NCBI RefSeq assembly: GCF_000013905.1
Contig: NC_007969.1
Coordinates: 2,550,001-2,582,000, forward strand
Source of the DNA: Psychrobacter cryohalolentis K5
Lineage (GTDB): Bacteria > Pseudomonadota > Gammaproteobacteria > Pseudomonadales > Moraxellaceae
DNA: 32,000 nt
Direction: 5' to 3'
Shown here: positions 19,401 through 27,497 of the stretch, piece after piece
Numbering within the stretch: the first letter of the stretch is position 1
Layout: each line of letters begins with the position of its first letter
Position numbers and translations under genes: made by a program
Notes under the pieces: generated by a model
The model's input: only the letters and a program-made list of their open reading frames with translations
Databases searched by the model: none
Told to the model about the DNA's origin: nothing

Positions 19401-20319
19401 CTATCTGTACACTGCCATTCAATAAAGATTCAGCATTATCACTGTTATGAATAAGGCTACTTAATTCGCTATAAATATGACTAACGAGACTTTGAATCTC
19501 GCTTATAGGTGGCTCAATCTGATCTTGATGACTGTCTATCAATTGATCCAGCTGACTTAATATTCCTGCATACTGCTTAGGTAGTGGTATTTCATTTTGC
19601 CCAAGATCCTGTAGCCACAGCTCAGCCAGATACCACAAGCGCTGCAAATCAGCTTCTTGCGCCGTTTGCCATAAATAATGGCTGACCTTTTGTAGCACAG
19701 TCAGAATAGCAGGCTTATTCATATTGGCAGCGAGCAATTTTTGTGTCTGTTGGCGCCACACTAATAGCAATTGCCGATGCTGTTGACTATCTAAATCTGA
19801 CACTGATCTACTCACAGGTAGAGTTATGTCAATATCATCATAATCCGATAAGCTAGCCAAATGACTGTCTGTCGTCAAAGATAAGGTATCTGCAAGCGGC
19901 TCTATGACTATATCAAACTGCGATAAGACTTGTGCTAGATCAATCAGCGTTTTATTCATTAAAACACTATGATATCTACCTGTGCACACATAATGTTCCA
20001 GCTCACGCTGTAACACTTTATGAGCAATCTGCCCTATTCTGAGTTTCTCAGCAGCCAAATTTATATCTAAGCTGCCATTATCCAAACCATCAAAAACAGT
20101 GGCTTCTGCTAATAGGCTAAGCTTATTCGCTAAACTTGCTAGAGCAGGCAAATTAATCATGATCAGGGCACCAGCAATTTCATGATAGTACTGTGCCATT
20201 TGCTCATTATTAGTGCCTGCTGTCTCTAATTGCCAGCCATCAGCTACCTGTGTTAATTGCTGATTAAACAGTGGCAATAACCACTCAAGCGTTACCATGT
20301 CATTGGGCTGGTTTTTCAT
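13414..20319 (-). CDS. chpA: Multi-Hpt hybrid histidine kinase ChpA (CheA-type)
   Basis: 2301 aa. FimL/ChpA-type N-terminus. Five canonical Hpt motifs (His codons at 18307-18309, 17698-17700, 17125-17127, 16192-16194 and 15661-15663): FHTLKGSGRMVGA twice, FHTLRAASGS, LHTIKGGARMAG and LHTLKGGARMV. HATPase N-box HMLRNAVDHGIE, then DDGQGID and GRGVGMDVV. A CheW-like domain and a C-terminal receiver (ILVVDDS...LMLLDIEMPRMDG). Confidence 0.95.
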   Translation of the reverse strand: MKNQPNDMVTLEWLLPLFNQQLTQVADGWQLETAGTNNEQMAQYYHEIAGALIMINLPALASLANKLSLLAEATVFDGLDNGSLDINLAAEKLRIGQIAHKVLQRELEHYVCTGRYHSVLMNKTLIDLAQVLSQFDIVIEPLADTLSLTTDSHLASLSDYDDIDITLPVSRSVSDLDSQQHRQLLLVWRQQTQKLLAANMNKPAILTVLQKVSHYLWQTAQEADLQRLWYLAELWLQDLGQNEIPLPKQYAGILSQLDQLIDSHQDQIEPPISEIQSLVSHIYSELSSLIHNSDNAESLLNGSVQIDAEVRLLPRILSEIETIIFALDKPHTLLKPLAKINNQLKSRGWTLFASQIDAIATNVERSLLSEQDFTQEQWQIERQLQELYSAVYNTEQMISIKMDDVAAFTISARTDNDLQPANSLDVGSVNVDLRELRIAAEEVKQDFHNYIQRQQLELLPEQAIFMSMSQTFNSMGLPAIGEVVDKIADIFVQIRTHNIAVLSWDVIEALAESLSAIELLLDYLAQQFVDQTLLEKANAYIDTAAKLLNAYIDAPEAVNDTFLTQKPAANDVLRYDDSGEIAPVTVPSFNAETLTGLLLDNKQSIETGASEALLKMRQQLNPDTFDIDEDIREIFIEEVEEVIGDLEDFLPIWQEDAQDLTPLTELRRGFHTLKGSGRMVGAVSISEMAWSIENLLNRLLDKTLSVTDDVVTLITETTKRLPVMLFDFAAQQPPSFDPAITLLQSHNLMTQQPLNAGLPVAALTLLTADIEESDFASDYHILDHNLHAQAISSVSEPANTLNALSDLELPLVLQPFILEAQSLVTDANDADPDIKEIFIEEANEVLDEIIPLYGHWQLSPTDLTELKDIRRGFHTLKGSGRMVGAHYSAELAWSIENMLNRILDKSITASADIQQLIGDVLAVYPELLSTFERESQDYPTMMPLWVACANAYSKQLGDEFSYRALYNQWLQPAKHTPSHIDLNSHIQDLENDEAIDRTLQTIYSVNEKMAEAPVIVMPQSEEEQAFFDIFIEEAEELLEGVNDFVRHHKNEPYVEVSDEIVRAFHTLRAASGSSALTAISDVSATIEQSLELLQQQDIPMNASHLTALAQSVTLIDGYLHNYKQHANQQDMSAEHMQSEQDIASLQAMLEEQDDDSEASTEDKPTINDLLDGNIDELLDAEWQLDEALNSADIEKIQAYIAEQILQIKYLTDKAQAFPKFVSILDALQDAYHYLSQYPKEAADIDIQEILLAGHAQLVGLFDALAGSTSLKIDEQVLEQLESIKQYNTVQVSIVQENIVQDKNESDENIADEEQATVQSIAAPELELETIDTDIELLEIFLEEAQELDDALVDSFSKWRADITHINTLKVLQRHLHTIKGGARMAGIRSIGDLTHEAESVYEAFVESKREPTAQWLEIMQVVQDTLSLQVAHIVRYQKSFFAPELMAQLQQFLKAQALPETVQLIIPMPNNHVAAEPQIFANQDTQQVANEADALSLDKIIQQSWAHGLPDADILEVFLEEATALTNRNEYLQLFLNDAGDMVALQALQRDLHTLKGGARMVTATGIADLAHEMESVYQDFVAQRRPATTKVLELLAACYDWLADAVFILSQQVNPPTPSLLIEALQQFSKNPNSLKQVPAETLQAQRETILIAKENQEITYIQEDISAMPLMVNDATEQEQNANNSEMIRISGSLIEHMINLSGESAINRARIDMGISSLTNSIEEMGTTVQRLADQLRRMEIELEAQILSQIDEELVNHEGFDPLEMDQYSSLNQLSKSLSESASDLVEINHTLLEKTRDSESLLLQLSRTQTELQDGLMNSRMVPFTRLTPRLERIVRQTANELNKSVELKIINADDEMDRTILERITSPLEHMLRNAVDHGIENVAARLAAGKERSGQITLEVLREGSEIVILLNDDGQGIDVEAVREKAISQGLIDAKDRNLSDLDIMQYIFNAGLSTSKQVTQISGRGVGMDVVISEIRQLGGAVSVVSELGKGSSFTIRVPLTVAVSDALVVRAADRYYAIPLVQIERVVRINPEKVYDYYQSGEATLNFEDTDYRVRYLNEILSGNKLNELVVNTNTSVPLIIIKNRSGQNMALQVDQIAGSRIEVVVKPLGQQFSNVSGISAATIMGDGSVMLILDLIALMRNAALVKDVTHSKATEQRNMDSNTTILVVDDSVTVRKVTSRFLERQGFNVVLAKDGIDALEILQEMTPDLMLLDIEMPRMDGFEVATQVRHNGRLQHLPIIMITSRTGEKHRERALEIGVNDYMGKPFQENQLLDKIQSLLDEKVHLTHHG

Positions 20320-20349
20320 AGATTCATCCTGACTCTTTTAGGCGCTAAT

Positions 20350-21324
20350 TTAGGTACTGATTTTTTGCCACGCATTGAGATGTGGGTGCGCAATACGGCG
20401 CATATTTGAAGGACGCCAAAATAGCGCCTCACCTGGAGCCAATATAATATAACCACCTAAGGCGCATTGTTTTGATAATCGAGCTAAAATATCACGCTGA
20501 TCAAACTTGCGAAAATATAGCAGCATATTTTGACAAACAATCACCTGTTGTAGATGCGCGGTAGGCGGTTTTTCATCCATAATATTGTGTAAAGCAAAAC
20601 GGACCTGCGATTTTAACGTTGCTGTGACCTGCCAGTAGCCATAGCTACTACTTGCCGTGGTTCTATTTAGATAAGTGTTACCAATACTCGCTTCGTCAGC
20701 CATGATTGCTGGTGATAATGGTTGCACAAACTGCTGACAATATGGCGGGATTAATGATTGCTGTTTAGCGTCATATTGACCCAATCGCGCCTTTGCTAGT
20801 ACTTGTTGACTGACATCTGTACCCAAGATCGTGTAATTGCTCAATTGCTTTGCAGCCAAACTCATTGCCAGAGACCAAGTCTCTTGTCCGCTCGCGCAGC
20901 CCACACTCCATATGTGAAACATCTCACTAGTATCAGTAGCTATCCGCTTGCGAAGCTGATGCTGCTCTGCACATTCTGTGACAAAATTGATAGAAGGCAG
21001 ATGACGGAAAAATCGGCTTTCATGGATCAATACTTTATCAAGCAAATGCTGGCGTAGCTCATTGTTAAACGGCAACTGCTGCCACAACTGGACGGTAGTC
21101 AATCCATAAAACAATGCCGTGTGAATCACCGCATTTTCCAACCAGTTACATTGAATATTAGGTAAAATAAAACCAATCTCACACTCTATATAGCGTTGCC
21201 ACTGTCTAGTACCAAAATAATCGTCATGCCGTATCATTTTCACATTATCTTGCATGAGGCTGTCTACTGATATAGCTTCAATTATATGAATGCTATTACT
21301 GCCTTTTTTAATATGATGATTCAT
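20350..21324 (-). CDS. pilK: CheR-like chemoreceptor methyltransferase
   Basis: ESRFFRH motif, SAM-binding block IWSVGCASGQE, and VIVCQNMLLYF. Located between pilJ and chpA, as pilK is in Pseudomonas. Confidence 0.85.
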   Translation of the reverse strand: MNHHIKKGSNSIHIIEAISVDSLMQDNVKMIRHDDYFGTRQWQRYIECEIGFILPNIQCNWLENAVIHTALFYGLTTVQLWQQLPFNNELRQHLLDKVLIHESRFFRHLPSINFVTECAEQHQLRKRIATDTSEMFHIWSVGCASGQETWSLAMSLAAKQLSNYTILGTDVSQQVLAKARLGQYDAKQQSLIPPYCQQFVQPLSPAIMADEASIGNTYLNRTTASSSYGYWQVTATLKSQVRFALHNIMDEKPPTAHLQQVIVCQNMLLYFRKFDQRDILARLSKQCALGGYIILAPGEALFWRPSNMRRIAHPHLNAWQKIST

Positions 21325-21429
21325 GTGACCTGCTATTAATGTTGCTGCTCCAAATTTTATAATGTCTATTTAGAGCAGCAATTTGGTTAACATTTCCATA
21401 GGAAAAATTATAGCTATTATCGACAGTTA

Positions 21430-22869
21430 TTACATACTGGCTGAGACTCTCTCATCCATATCGAGATATTCATGATCCATGCTTTCATGATTCAACTGCT
21501 CATCATCATTTGATATTTTAAAGCCGGTGACTGATTCTTGTAGTGCTGCAGCCATTTCGCTTAGCTCACCAATAGAACGTGCAGTCGCCATCGTACCAGA
21601 AGACGTTTGAGAGGTAATATCTTGAATAATGTTCATAGTATGAGAAATATGACCTGCCGACTCCGCCTGTTGCAGAGCAGCATTTGAAATATTCTGAATA
21701 AGATCCGCCAAAGTATTAGAAACGGTTTGCACCTCTTCTAGTGCTTCACCCGCATCTTTTGCCAACCGCGCACCACGTACGACTTCAGACGTCGTTGATT
21801 CCATCGACATGACCGCTTCACTGGTATCTGCTTGAATGGTTTTTACCAACGTCTCAATCTGTTTGGTTGCATTTGCCGAACGCTCAGCAAGACGCTGAAC
21901 CTCATCAGCAACAACCGCAAATCCTCGTCCTGCTTCACCTGCCATCGATGCCTGAATCGCTGCGTTTAATGCCAAAACGTTAGTTTGGTCTGCAATATCG
22001 TTAATCAAACCAACGATATCACCAATTTCCTGCGAAGACTCACCAAGACGTTTAATACGTTTCGAGGTTTCTTGAATCTGATCACGGATAACGTTCATAC
22101 CTTCAATAGAGCGCTGTACTACTTCTGCTCCATTGTAAGAGATGGCAACCGAACGCTGAGCAACCGTTGCAGATTCTGCAGCGTTATTTGAAACTTGGTC
22201 AATAGACACCGTCATCTCATTAATAGCCGCAGATACACCAGCGATTTCTTGTGCTTGATGCTCAGAGGCTGCCGCAAGCTCGACTGCATTCATCTGTGTT
22301 TGCTCTGATGACTGCGAAACGCGATCTGCGGTACTGTTAATAACCAGTACCAATTGGCGTAGTTGGTCGATAGCAAAGTTGACAGAGTCGGCAATTGCAC
22401 CAGTGAAGTCTTCTGATACTGTTGCATTGACCGTCAAATCTCCGTCTGCCAAATCACCCAACTCATCAAGTAGGCGCAAAATAGCAATCTGGTTACGCTC
22501 GTTTTCTTCTTGGATTTGGCGCGCACGTTCAGACTCAGCTTCCGCTTCTTGACGACGACGTAAGGTCTCTTTTTCAATAAGGAGACGTTCTGAGCCACCG
22601 CGCTGCTGTAGCAACTTATAAAAAGCGAAAAAGATACCCAGTACACTGAGCACAAAGACAACTACCGGTATTATGACAGCTTGATTGAAATCGGTTAAAT
22701 ACTCACTGACCGAGGATATGGCATTGATCAGCGCCAATAGAGCACCCATAGCCACTAGAGCACAACCGCCTAGTAATAGTTTCCATTGACTGTTTGCATT
22801 TGTCGCAGCTTTATTTACACCGCTTACAGGGTTATTTATAACATCACTCATCGCACTTATTCCTTTCAA
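21430..22869 (-). CDS. pilJ: Methyl-accepting chemotaxis protein PilJ (variant with only a minimal periplasmic loop)
   Basis: The PilJ-type post-TM2 region [41 protein letters not shown]. The MCP signalling hairpin [40 protein letters not shown]. Two TM helices separated by about 12 residues. See findings. Confidence 0.9.
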   Translation of the reverse strand: MKGISAMSDVINNPVSGVNKAATNANSQWKLLLGGCALVAMGALLALINAISSVSEYLTDFNQAVIIPVVVFVLSVLGIFFAFYKLLQQRGGSERLLIEKETLRRRQEAEAESERARQIQEENERNQIAILRLLDELGDLADGDLTVNATVSEDFTGAIADSVNFAIDQLRQLVLVINSTADRVSQSSEQTQMNAVELAAASEHQAQEIAGVSAAINEMTVSIDQVSNNAAESATVAQRSVAISYNGAEVVQRSIEGMNVIRDQIQETSKRIKRLGESSQEIGDIVGLINDIADQTNVLALNAAIQASMAGEAGRGFAVVADEVQRLAERSANATKQIETLVKTIQADTSEAVMSMESTTSEVVRGARLAKDAGEALEEVQTVSNTLADLIQNISNAALQQAESAGHISHTMNIIQDITSQTSSGTMATARSIGELSEMAAALQESVTGFKISNDDEQLNHESMDHEYLDMDERVSASM

Positions 22870-23044
22870 ACAATCATCAAAGTCTTATTGTGACTGACTC
22901 TGAAATCATAGTGTTATCAAAACAACCGTGATGAACAAAGCCTGTATGAATGCTGACACACCACCGGATCATGTCAGCTATGATTCTTCTGCCATCGTTT
23001 TAATGAACACCTAATAATCAAACTTGACGGGTCATTAAAGACAG

Positions 23045-23575
23045 TTATATTGCAGCATCGGTATACTGTAGATCCTGTGTCAGTAAGCTTGGCATAAACA
23101 CATACCAATCTTGTTCATCTTTGAAAAATTTGCCATGGTTATAAGGTGCAAATGGCGAATTCGGTTCAATGGCTTCTGGACGATATTGGTCTTGAGTAAA
23201 CTGTTCGATACCGATCACTTGGTCAACAAGTAACCCTGAAAACACATTTTCATGGTCAATGACCATCACCTTACGCTGACTCATTTGCGCTAACCGACTG
23301 GGGACTTGTAAAAATCGAGACAAATCGGTCAATGGCAGTAAACGCCCACGAATATTAGCAATACCAAGCATCCAAGGCTTTACTAAGGGCACGCTGGTAT
23401 ATTCTGGCATGGATAATACTTCTGCTACTTGACCCATTGGCGCAACCAAGCGTTGTCCGCCAATCTCAAATACTACCCCTTGCCAGTCAAATTCTTGTCC
23501 GCCGCGGCGTCCGCTTTTACGCGAACGTGCCATATCTGCTATACGCAGAAGCTCAATAAATCCTCTCGATGCCAC
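23045..23575 (-). CDS. pilI: CheW-like coupling protein PilI
   Basis: 176 aa with CheW-domain blocks (GVVFEIGGQRLVAPMGQVAEV, GIANIRGRLLPLTDL, VMVIDH...FSGLLVDQVIGI). Starts 3 nt after the pilH stop. Confidence 0.85.
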   Translation of the reverse strand: MASRGFIELLRIADMARSRKSGRRGGQEFDWQGVVFEIGGQRLVAPMGQVAEVLSMPEYTSVPLVKPWMLGIANIRGRLLPLTDLSRFLQVPSRLAQMSQRKVMVIDHENVFSGLLVDQVIGIEQFTQDQYRPEAIEPNSPFAPYNHGKFFKDEQDWYVFMPSLLTQDLQYTDAAI

Positions 23576-23578
23576 AAG

Positions 23579-23941
23579 CTACTCCATTACTTTACGAATG
23601 ATCTGGACCAGACCGCTTTCATCAATAGGCTTGGTAAGATACTCTTTTGCGCCTTGACGCTTGCCCCATACACGATCGGTTTCTTGATTTTTGGTACTGA
23701 TCATGATGATAGGAATATGTGCTGTTGCCTTGTCACGAGTGATTTTACGAGTTGCCTGAAAACCATTCATTTCAGGCATGACCACATCCATCAAAATGAC
23801 GTCTGGTAGATGAGCAATGGCCATCTGGCAGCCTTGTTCACCATTGGTCGCTTCCAATACTTGATAGTTATTTTTAGAAAGCATGTCGCGAAATTTCGCC
23901 ATCTCAGATGGTGAATCGTCAATGACTAATACAGTAGTCAT
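23579..23941 (-). CDS. pilH: CheY-like single-domain response regulator PilH
   Basis: 120 aa receiver with VLVIDDS, phospho-acceptor context VILMDVVMPEMNG, and YLTKP. Confidence 0.9.
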   Translation of the reverse strand: MTTVLVIDDSPSEMAKFRDMLSKNNYQVLEATNGEQGCQMAIAHLPDVILMDVVMPEMNGFQATRKITRDKATAHIPIIMISTKNQETDRVWGKRQGAKEYLTKPIDESGLVQIIRKVME

Positions 23942-24106
23942 AGTTATTTCCTTTATTTTCGATGATATCTGTTAGATATATAGTGTTAAAACAAACCGAT
24001 TGAAGTAATATTTCATGCTGAACTGAATGCATATTACTGATTATGACAACAATATTTTATCGTTATATGAAAAAGCCTTGACCACTTTTTATGATCATAT
24101 TACAGA

Positions 24107-24484
24107 TTAACGATACTGATTAATTGCCTCAAAAAGCTCATCCTTACTAAACGGTTTGGTCAGATATTCATCAGAACCTACAATACGTCCACGGGCTTTA
24201 TCAAATAAACCATCTTTAGATGACAACATAATCACAGGTTTACTGGCATAGTCAGGGTTATTTTTAATCAAGGCACAAGTTTGATAACCGTCCAAACGTG
24301 GCATCATGATATCCACAAAAATAATATCTGGATTGTGGTCGACAATCTTAGCCAAAGCATCAAATCCATCAATGGCAGTGACAACTTCACAGCCCGCTTT
24401 TTGCAGCAAGGTTTCTGCGGTACGGCGAATGGTTTTTGAGTCATCAATAACCATTACTTTTAAACCATCAAAATTATTTTCCAT
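24107..24484 (-). CDS. pilG: CheY-like single-domain response regulator PilG
   Basis: 125 aa receiver with VMVIDDSKTIRR, IIFVDIMMPRLDGYQTCALIKNN, and YLTKPF. First gene of the cluster. Confidence 0.9.
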   Translation of the reverse strand: MENNFDGLKVMVIDDSKTIRRTAETLLQKAGCEVVTAIDGFDALAKIVDHNPDIIFVDIMMPRLDGYQTCALIKNNPDYASKPVIMLSSKDGLFDKARGRIVGSDEYLTKPFSKDELFEAINQYR

Positions 24485-24530
24485 TCTTATTGTCCTATTA
24501 ACGACTGTTTATTCATTATGCGATATGTTC

Positions 24531-24556
24531 ACAGTACTACTCACGCGTAGTACTGT
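24531..24556. repeat. Perfect 10-bp inverted repeat (ACAGTACTAC-n6-GTAGTACTGT) in the pilG upstream / leader region
   Basis: Read directly: 24531-24540 acagtactac, spacer tcacgc, 24547-24556 gtagtactgt. It lies 47-72 bp upstream of the pilG ATG. Function unknown (operator or leader RNA hairpin). Confidence 0.5.
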
Positions 24557-25128
24557 TTACTCACAATGAATTATCTTAGTATGTTGGGCGTTATGCTAAA
24601 TTTCGTACAGCGTTATTATAGCCATAAATTCAATGATTACTCATACTCTGCAACCATTAATTATCACAGGCAAATTTAATGAATAATGTAATCGAATCCT
24701 CTGTCAATGAACGAGTATCTCTTATTCAATATTGCTTGTTATAAAAACAGTTGAATATCTAGTCTTATCAAAAATCTACTATATTGAAAACCGAAACAAT
24801 CAACCAAGTTGCAAGTGAATAGCTTCGTTGTTAAATGTCGTCTTTCCAATCGTAGCCATTATATAGAACCAGCACTCATCTTACTGAATAATTTACCTTT
24901 GTGATAAAAATGTATCAATATATTTTGATATGTTCGTTTTAGCACAGTTACCAGCCATTATCCAGTAATTAGTGAAATTATGTTCTAAATTTAGCCACTT
25001 AACGACTATTCTCTATATAAAAACGGCATTCTACAGCGTCTCATCTAGTGCTTAAAAAAACCAGTTAAATACAATCTGATAGAACCATTTCCCATACTTG
25101 TAATTCCCTATATAATAAAAAGTCGTTT

Positions 25129-26355
25129 ATGATGGTGATTGGTATGACATTTTTTATGCGCTCGCTGCATTACATGCGTTTTATATGCTTACAGACTGCG
25201 CCGTTAAAAAAGAGCGTCTATATATTGAGCGCCCTATTTCTTATCGCCTGCCAGCCAACATCTCCTACTGAAGTGTTAAGTAGCGACAATAATGAGCCAG
25301 TTGATATACCACTCATTAGTGCCGATAGTGTCACCATCACACCTGATCATATTTTAAGTATCAAACCTACCCGTTATCAGCCCAGCCTTGGCTTACAAGG
25401 TCGTATCGAACCTATCAAGCAAATCAACCTTATGGCAGCGCAGCCGCTGACGGTAGAGCAAGTATTAGTCAGTGACAACCAATGGGTGAAAAAAGGTACG
25501 CCTCTACTCACAGTTCGACGTCAGGAAATTTTAAACAAAGCGATAGGCTTTGATGATACTGAAACCAATATAGAAGCAGAATTAAATACAACTGCTAGTA
25601 ATGCTGATGGAGCTAGCACTTCTGATAATACTAGCCAGCCCTCTGTTTTAAATAAAAAAACTAATGTTATTAATGATAATAATAGAGCCGAGCTTGCTAG
25701 TAATAGCAAAGACAGAACAACGGCAAAGCAGTCCTCTGATTTAATCACATTACGTGCCCGCTTTTCAGGACGCGTAGAGAATCTGTCGGTGCAAGCTGGA
25801 CAAAAGATAGAGGCTCAAACAGTGTTATTGAAGCTCAGTGACGAAACGGAATTGCATTTTATCTCAACGTTGCCGATTGAAGCTGAATCGCAAATTTCTG
25901 TCGGTCAAACCGTCAACTTTACTGCCGAAGATAGAGTAGATAAATTTACCGGTCAGGTCAGTAAAGTGCAGGCGGTAAAACAACCGATACAGCTTTTGGT
26001 CTATGTAAATGTGATCAACAATGAAGTCAGTCGCAATCAGCTAGCGCCTGATATGCAAGTCACTGGCAGAGTTGACTACGGGCAGATAGAAGTGGGTACT
26101 ATTGTGCCTAAAATTGCCCTACATAATGTTGACTTGACACAAATACAGGTGCCGCCTTACAAACCGCTGCGTTCTTTGACTGCCAATATCTGGATTATAG
26201 GACAAGACCAACGCTTAACCCGCCAGCCTATTGAAGTAATTGAGTACGATCCACTGACCAAACAATATTTAATCGCAGGCATCAGTAGTGACAGTTTGAT
26301 TTGTTTGGCCAACTTACCCATTGAATCTAAAGGCAAAAAAGTAGTGGTGTCATAA
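25129..26355 (+). CDS. Orphan membrane-fusion-protein (HlyD / RND adaptor)-like lipoprotein
   Basis: Lipoyl half-motifs GRIEPIKQINLMAAQPLTVEQVLVSDNQWVKKGTPLLTV and LRARFSGRVENLSVQAGQKIEAQTVLLKLSD. These are followed by beta-barrel and membrane-proximal-like segments. The likely true start is 25174 (MRFICLQTAPLKKSVYILSALFLIAC, lipobox) or 25156. No transporter gene is adjacent. Confidence 0.7.
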   Translation: MMVIGMTFFMRSLHYMRFICLQTAPLKKSVYILSALFLIACQPTSPTEVLSSDNNEPVDIPLISADSVTITPDHILSIKPTRYQPSLGLQGRIEPIKQINLMAAQPLTVEQVLVSDNQWVKKGTPLLTVRRQEILNKAIGFDDTETNIEAELNTTASNADGASTSDNTSQPSVLNKKTNVINDNNRAELASNSKDRTTAKQSSDLITLRARFSGRVENLSVQAGQKIEAQTVLLKLSDETELHFISTLPIEAESQISVGQTVNFTAEDRVDKFTGQVSKVQAVKQPIQLLVYVNVINNEVSRNQLAPDMQVTGRVDYGQIEVGTIVPKIALHNVDLTQIQVPPYKPLRSLTANIWIIGQDQRLTRQPIEVIEYDPLTKQYLIAGISSDSLICLANLPIESKGKKVVVS

Positions 26356-26637
26356 GTACAGAGCCATGCAGTTACATTGTGTAGAAACATTAACAAAGCA
26401 CGCCTTGTTTAATAACATCCTGTTTAGGCAATATAGCGTATTATGGATAGTACGGATTACATACTTTTATTGCATAGCATTAAAGCATGGCTTGTATCTC
26501 TTGTATGGATAGCTACTTTTGATTTACATATTTATCATATGAGCATTTGGGATAATTGAAAACTAAGGGCAGACGCCACTTTTATAAATTGTAAAAGTGC
26601 ATTAAGACAAATTATAACAACAACTAGAGGAAACATT

Positions 26638-27360
26638 ATGAGTAAGCAGATTTTGTTAATTGAAGATGATCCAGATTTAGCAGAATTAATCAGTGATTAT
26701 CTGACCATGAATTATTATGATGTGCATCATGCAGGTCTTGGTCAAGAAGGTCTGGATTTATTAGACACCAAAGAGCGTGATATTGACTTGGTAGTACTTG
26801 ACCTCATGCTACCCGACATGGATGGTATGCAAGTTTGCCAAAAAATCCGTGGCAATAAAAACAATATGACCAATAAAGTGCCGATCATTATGTTGACAGC
26901 AAAAGGTGATACCACAGACCGCGTATTGGGTCTTGAGATGGGCGCTGATGACTATATTGCCAAACCGTTTGAGCCGCGTGAACTGTTAGCTCGTATTCGT
27001 GCGGTTATTCGCCGCCATGAGCAGCCAAACCAAGCGGACAGTCAGTCAGATAGCTTAACTTTTGGTCGTTTGAGCGTGTTCCCTGACAGTCATGAAGTGA
27101 CTATCGATGATTTACCTGTACGCTTGACAACGCATCAGTTTCAATTGCTGCATTATTTTGCCACTCATTCAGGCAAAGTACTAAACCGCGAGCAATTATG
27201 GCAAGCTATGCCAAATGATGACAGCTCAGACAATATTGATCGCGCCATTGACGTACATATCTCGCGTCTTCGTGCGTTGATTGAAGACAATCCCCGTCAA
27301 CCAAAGCGTATTATTACAGTGCGCGGCGTCGGTTATCAGTTTGCCACTGACCAAGTGTAG
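26638..27360 (+). CDS. OmpR/PhoB-family DNA-binding response regulator (RstA/BfmR-like)
   Basis: Receiver domain (ILLIEDDP, LVVLDLMLPDMDG, GLEMGADDYIAKPFEPRELLARIRAVIRR) plus a winged-helix output domain (...ITVRGVGYQF). AGAGGA lies 7 nt before the ATG. Confidence 0.92.
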   Translation: MSKQILLIEDDPDLAELISDYLTMNYYDVHHAGLGQEGLDLLDTKERDIDLVVLDLMLPDMDGMQVCQKIRGNKNNMTNKVPIIMLTAKGDTTDRVLGLEMGADDYIAKPFEPRELLARIRAVIRRHEQPNQADSQSDSLTFGRLSVFPDSHEVTIDDLPVRLTTHQFQLLHYFATHSGKVLNREQLWQAMPNDDSSDNIDRAIDVHISRLRALIEDNPRQPKRIITVRGVGYQFATDQV

Positions 27361-27414
27361 TCAGTAGTAAACTGTTGGTAAATAAACAGTCAAACAGCTT
27401 TAAAATAGTTCATT

Positions 27415-27447
27415 AAAAGGGGTATCATATGTATGATAACCCCTTTT
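27415..27447 (+). terminator. Terminator-like hairpin between the response regulator and kinase genes
   Basis: aaaaggggtatca-tatg-tatgataacccctttt. About 10 bp stem with a 1-nt bulge and four G:C pairs at the base, followed by TTTT. Lies in the 137-bp RR-HK spacer. Confidence 0.4.
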
Positions 27448-27497
27448 ATGTTTGATCATACAAAGTGGCATAAGTTTTTGATAATAGAGATTATTTA

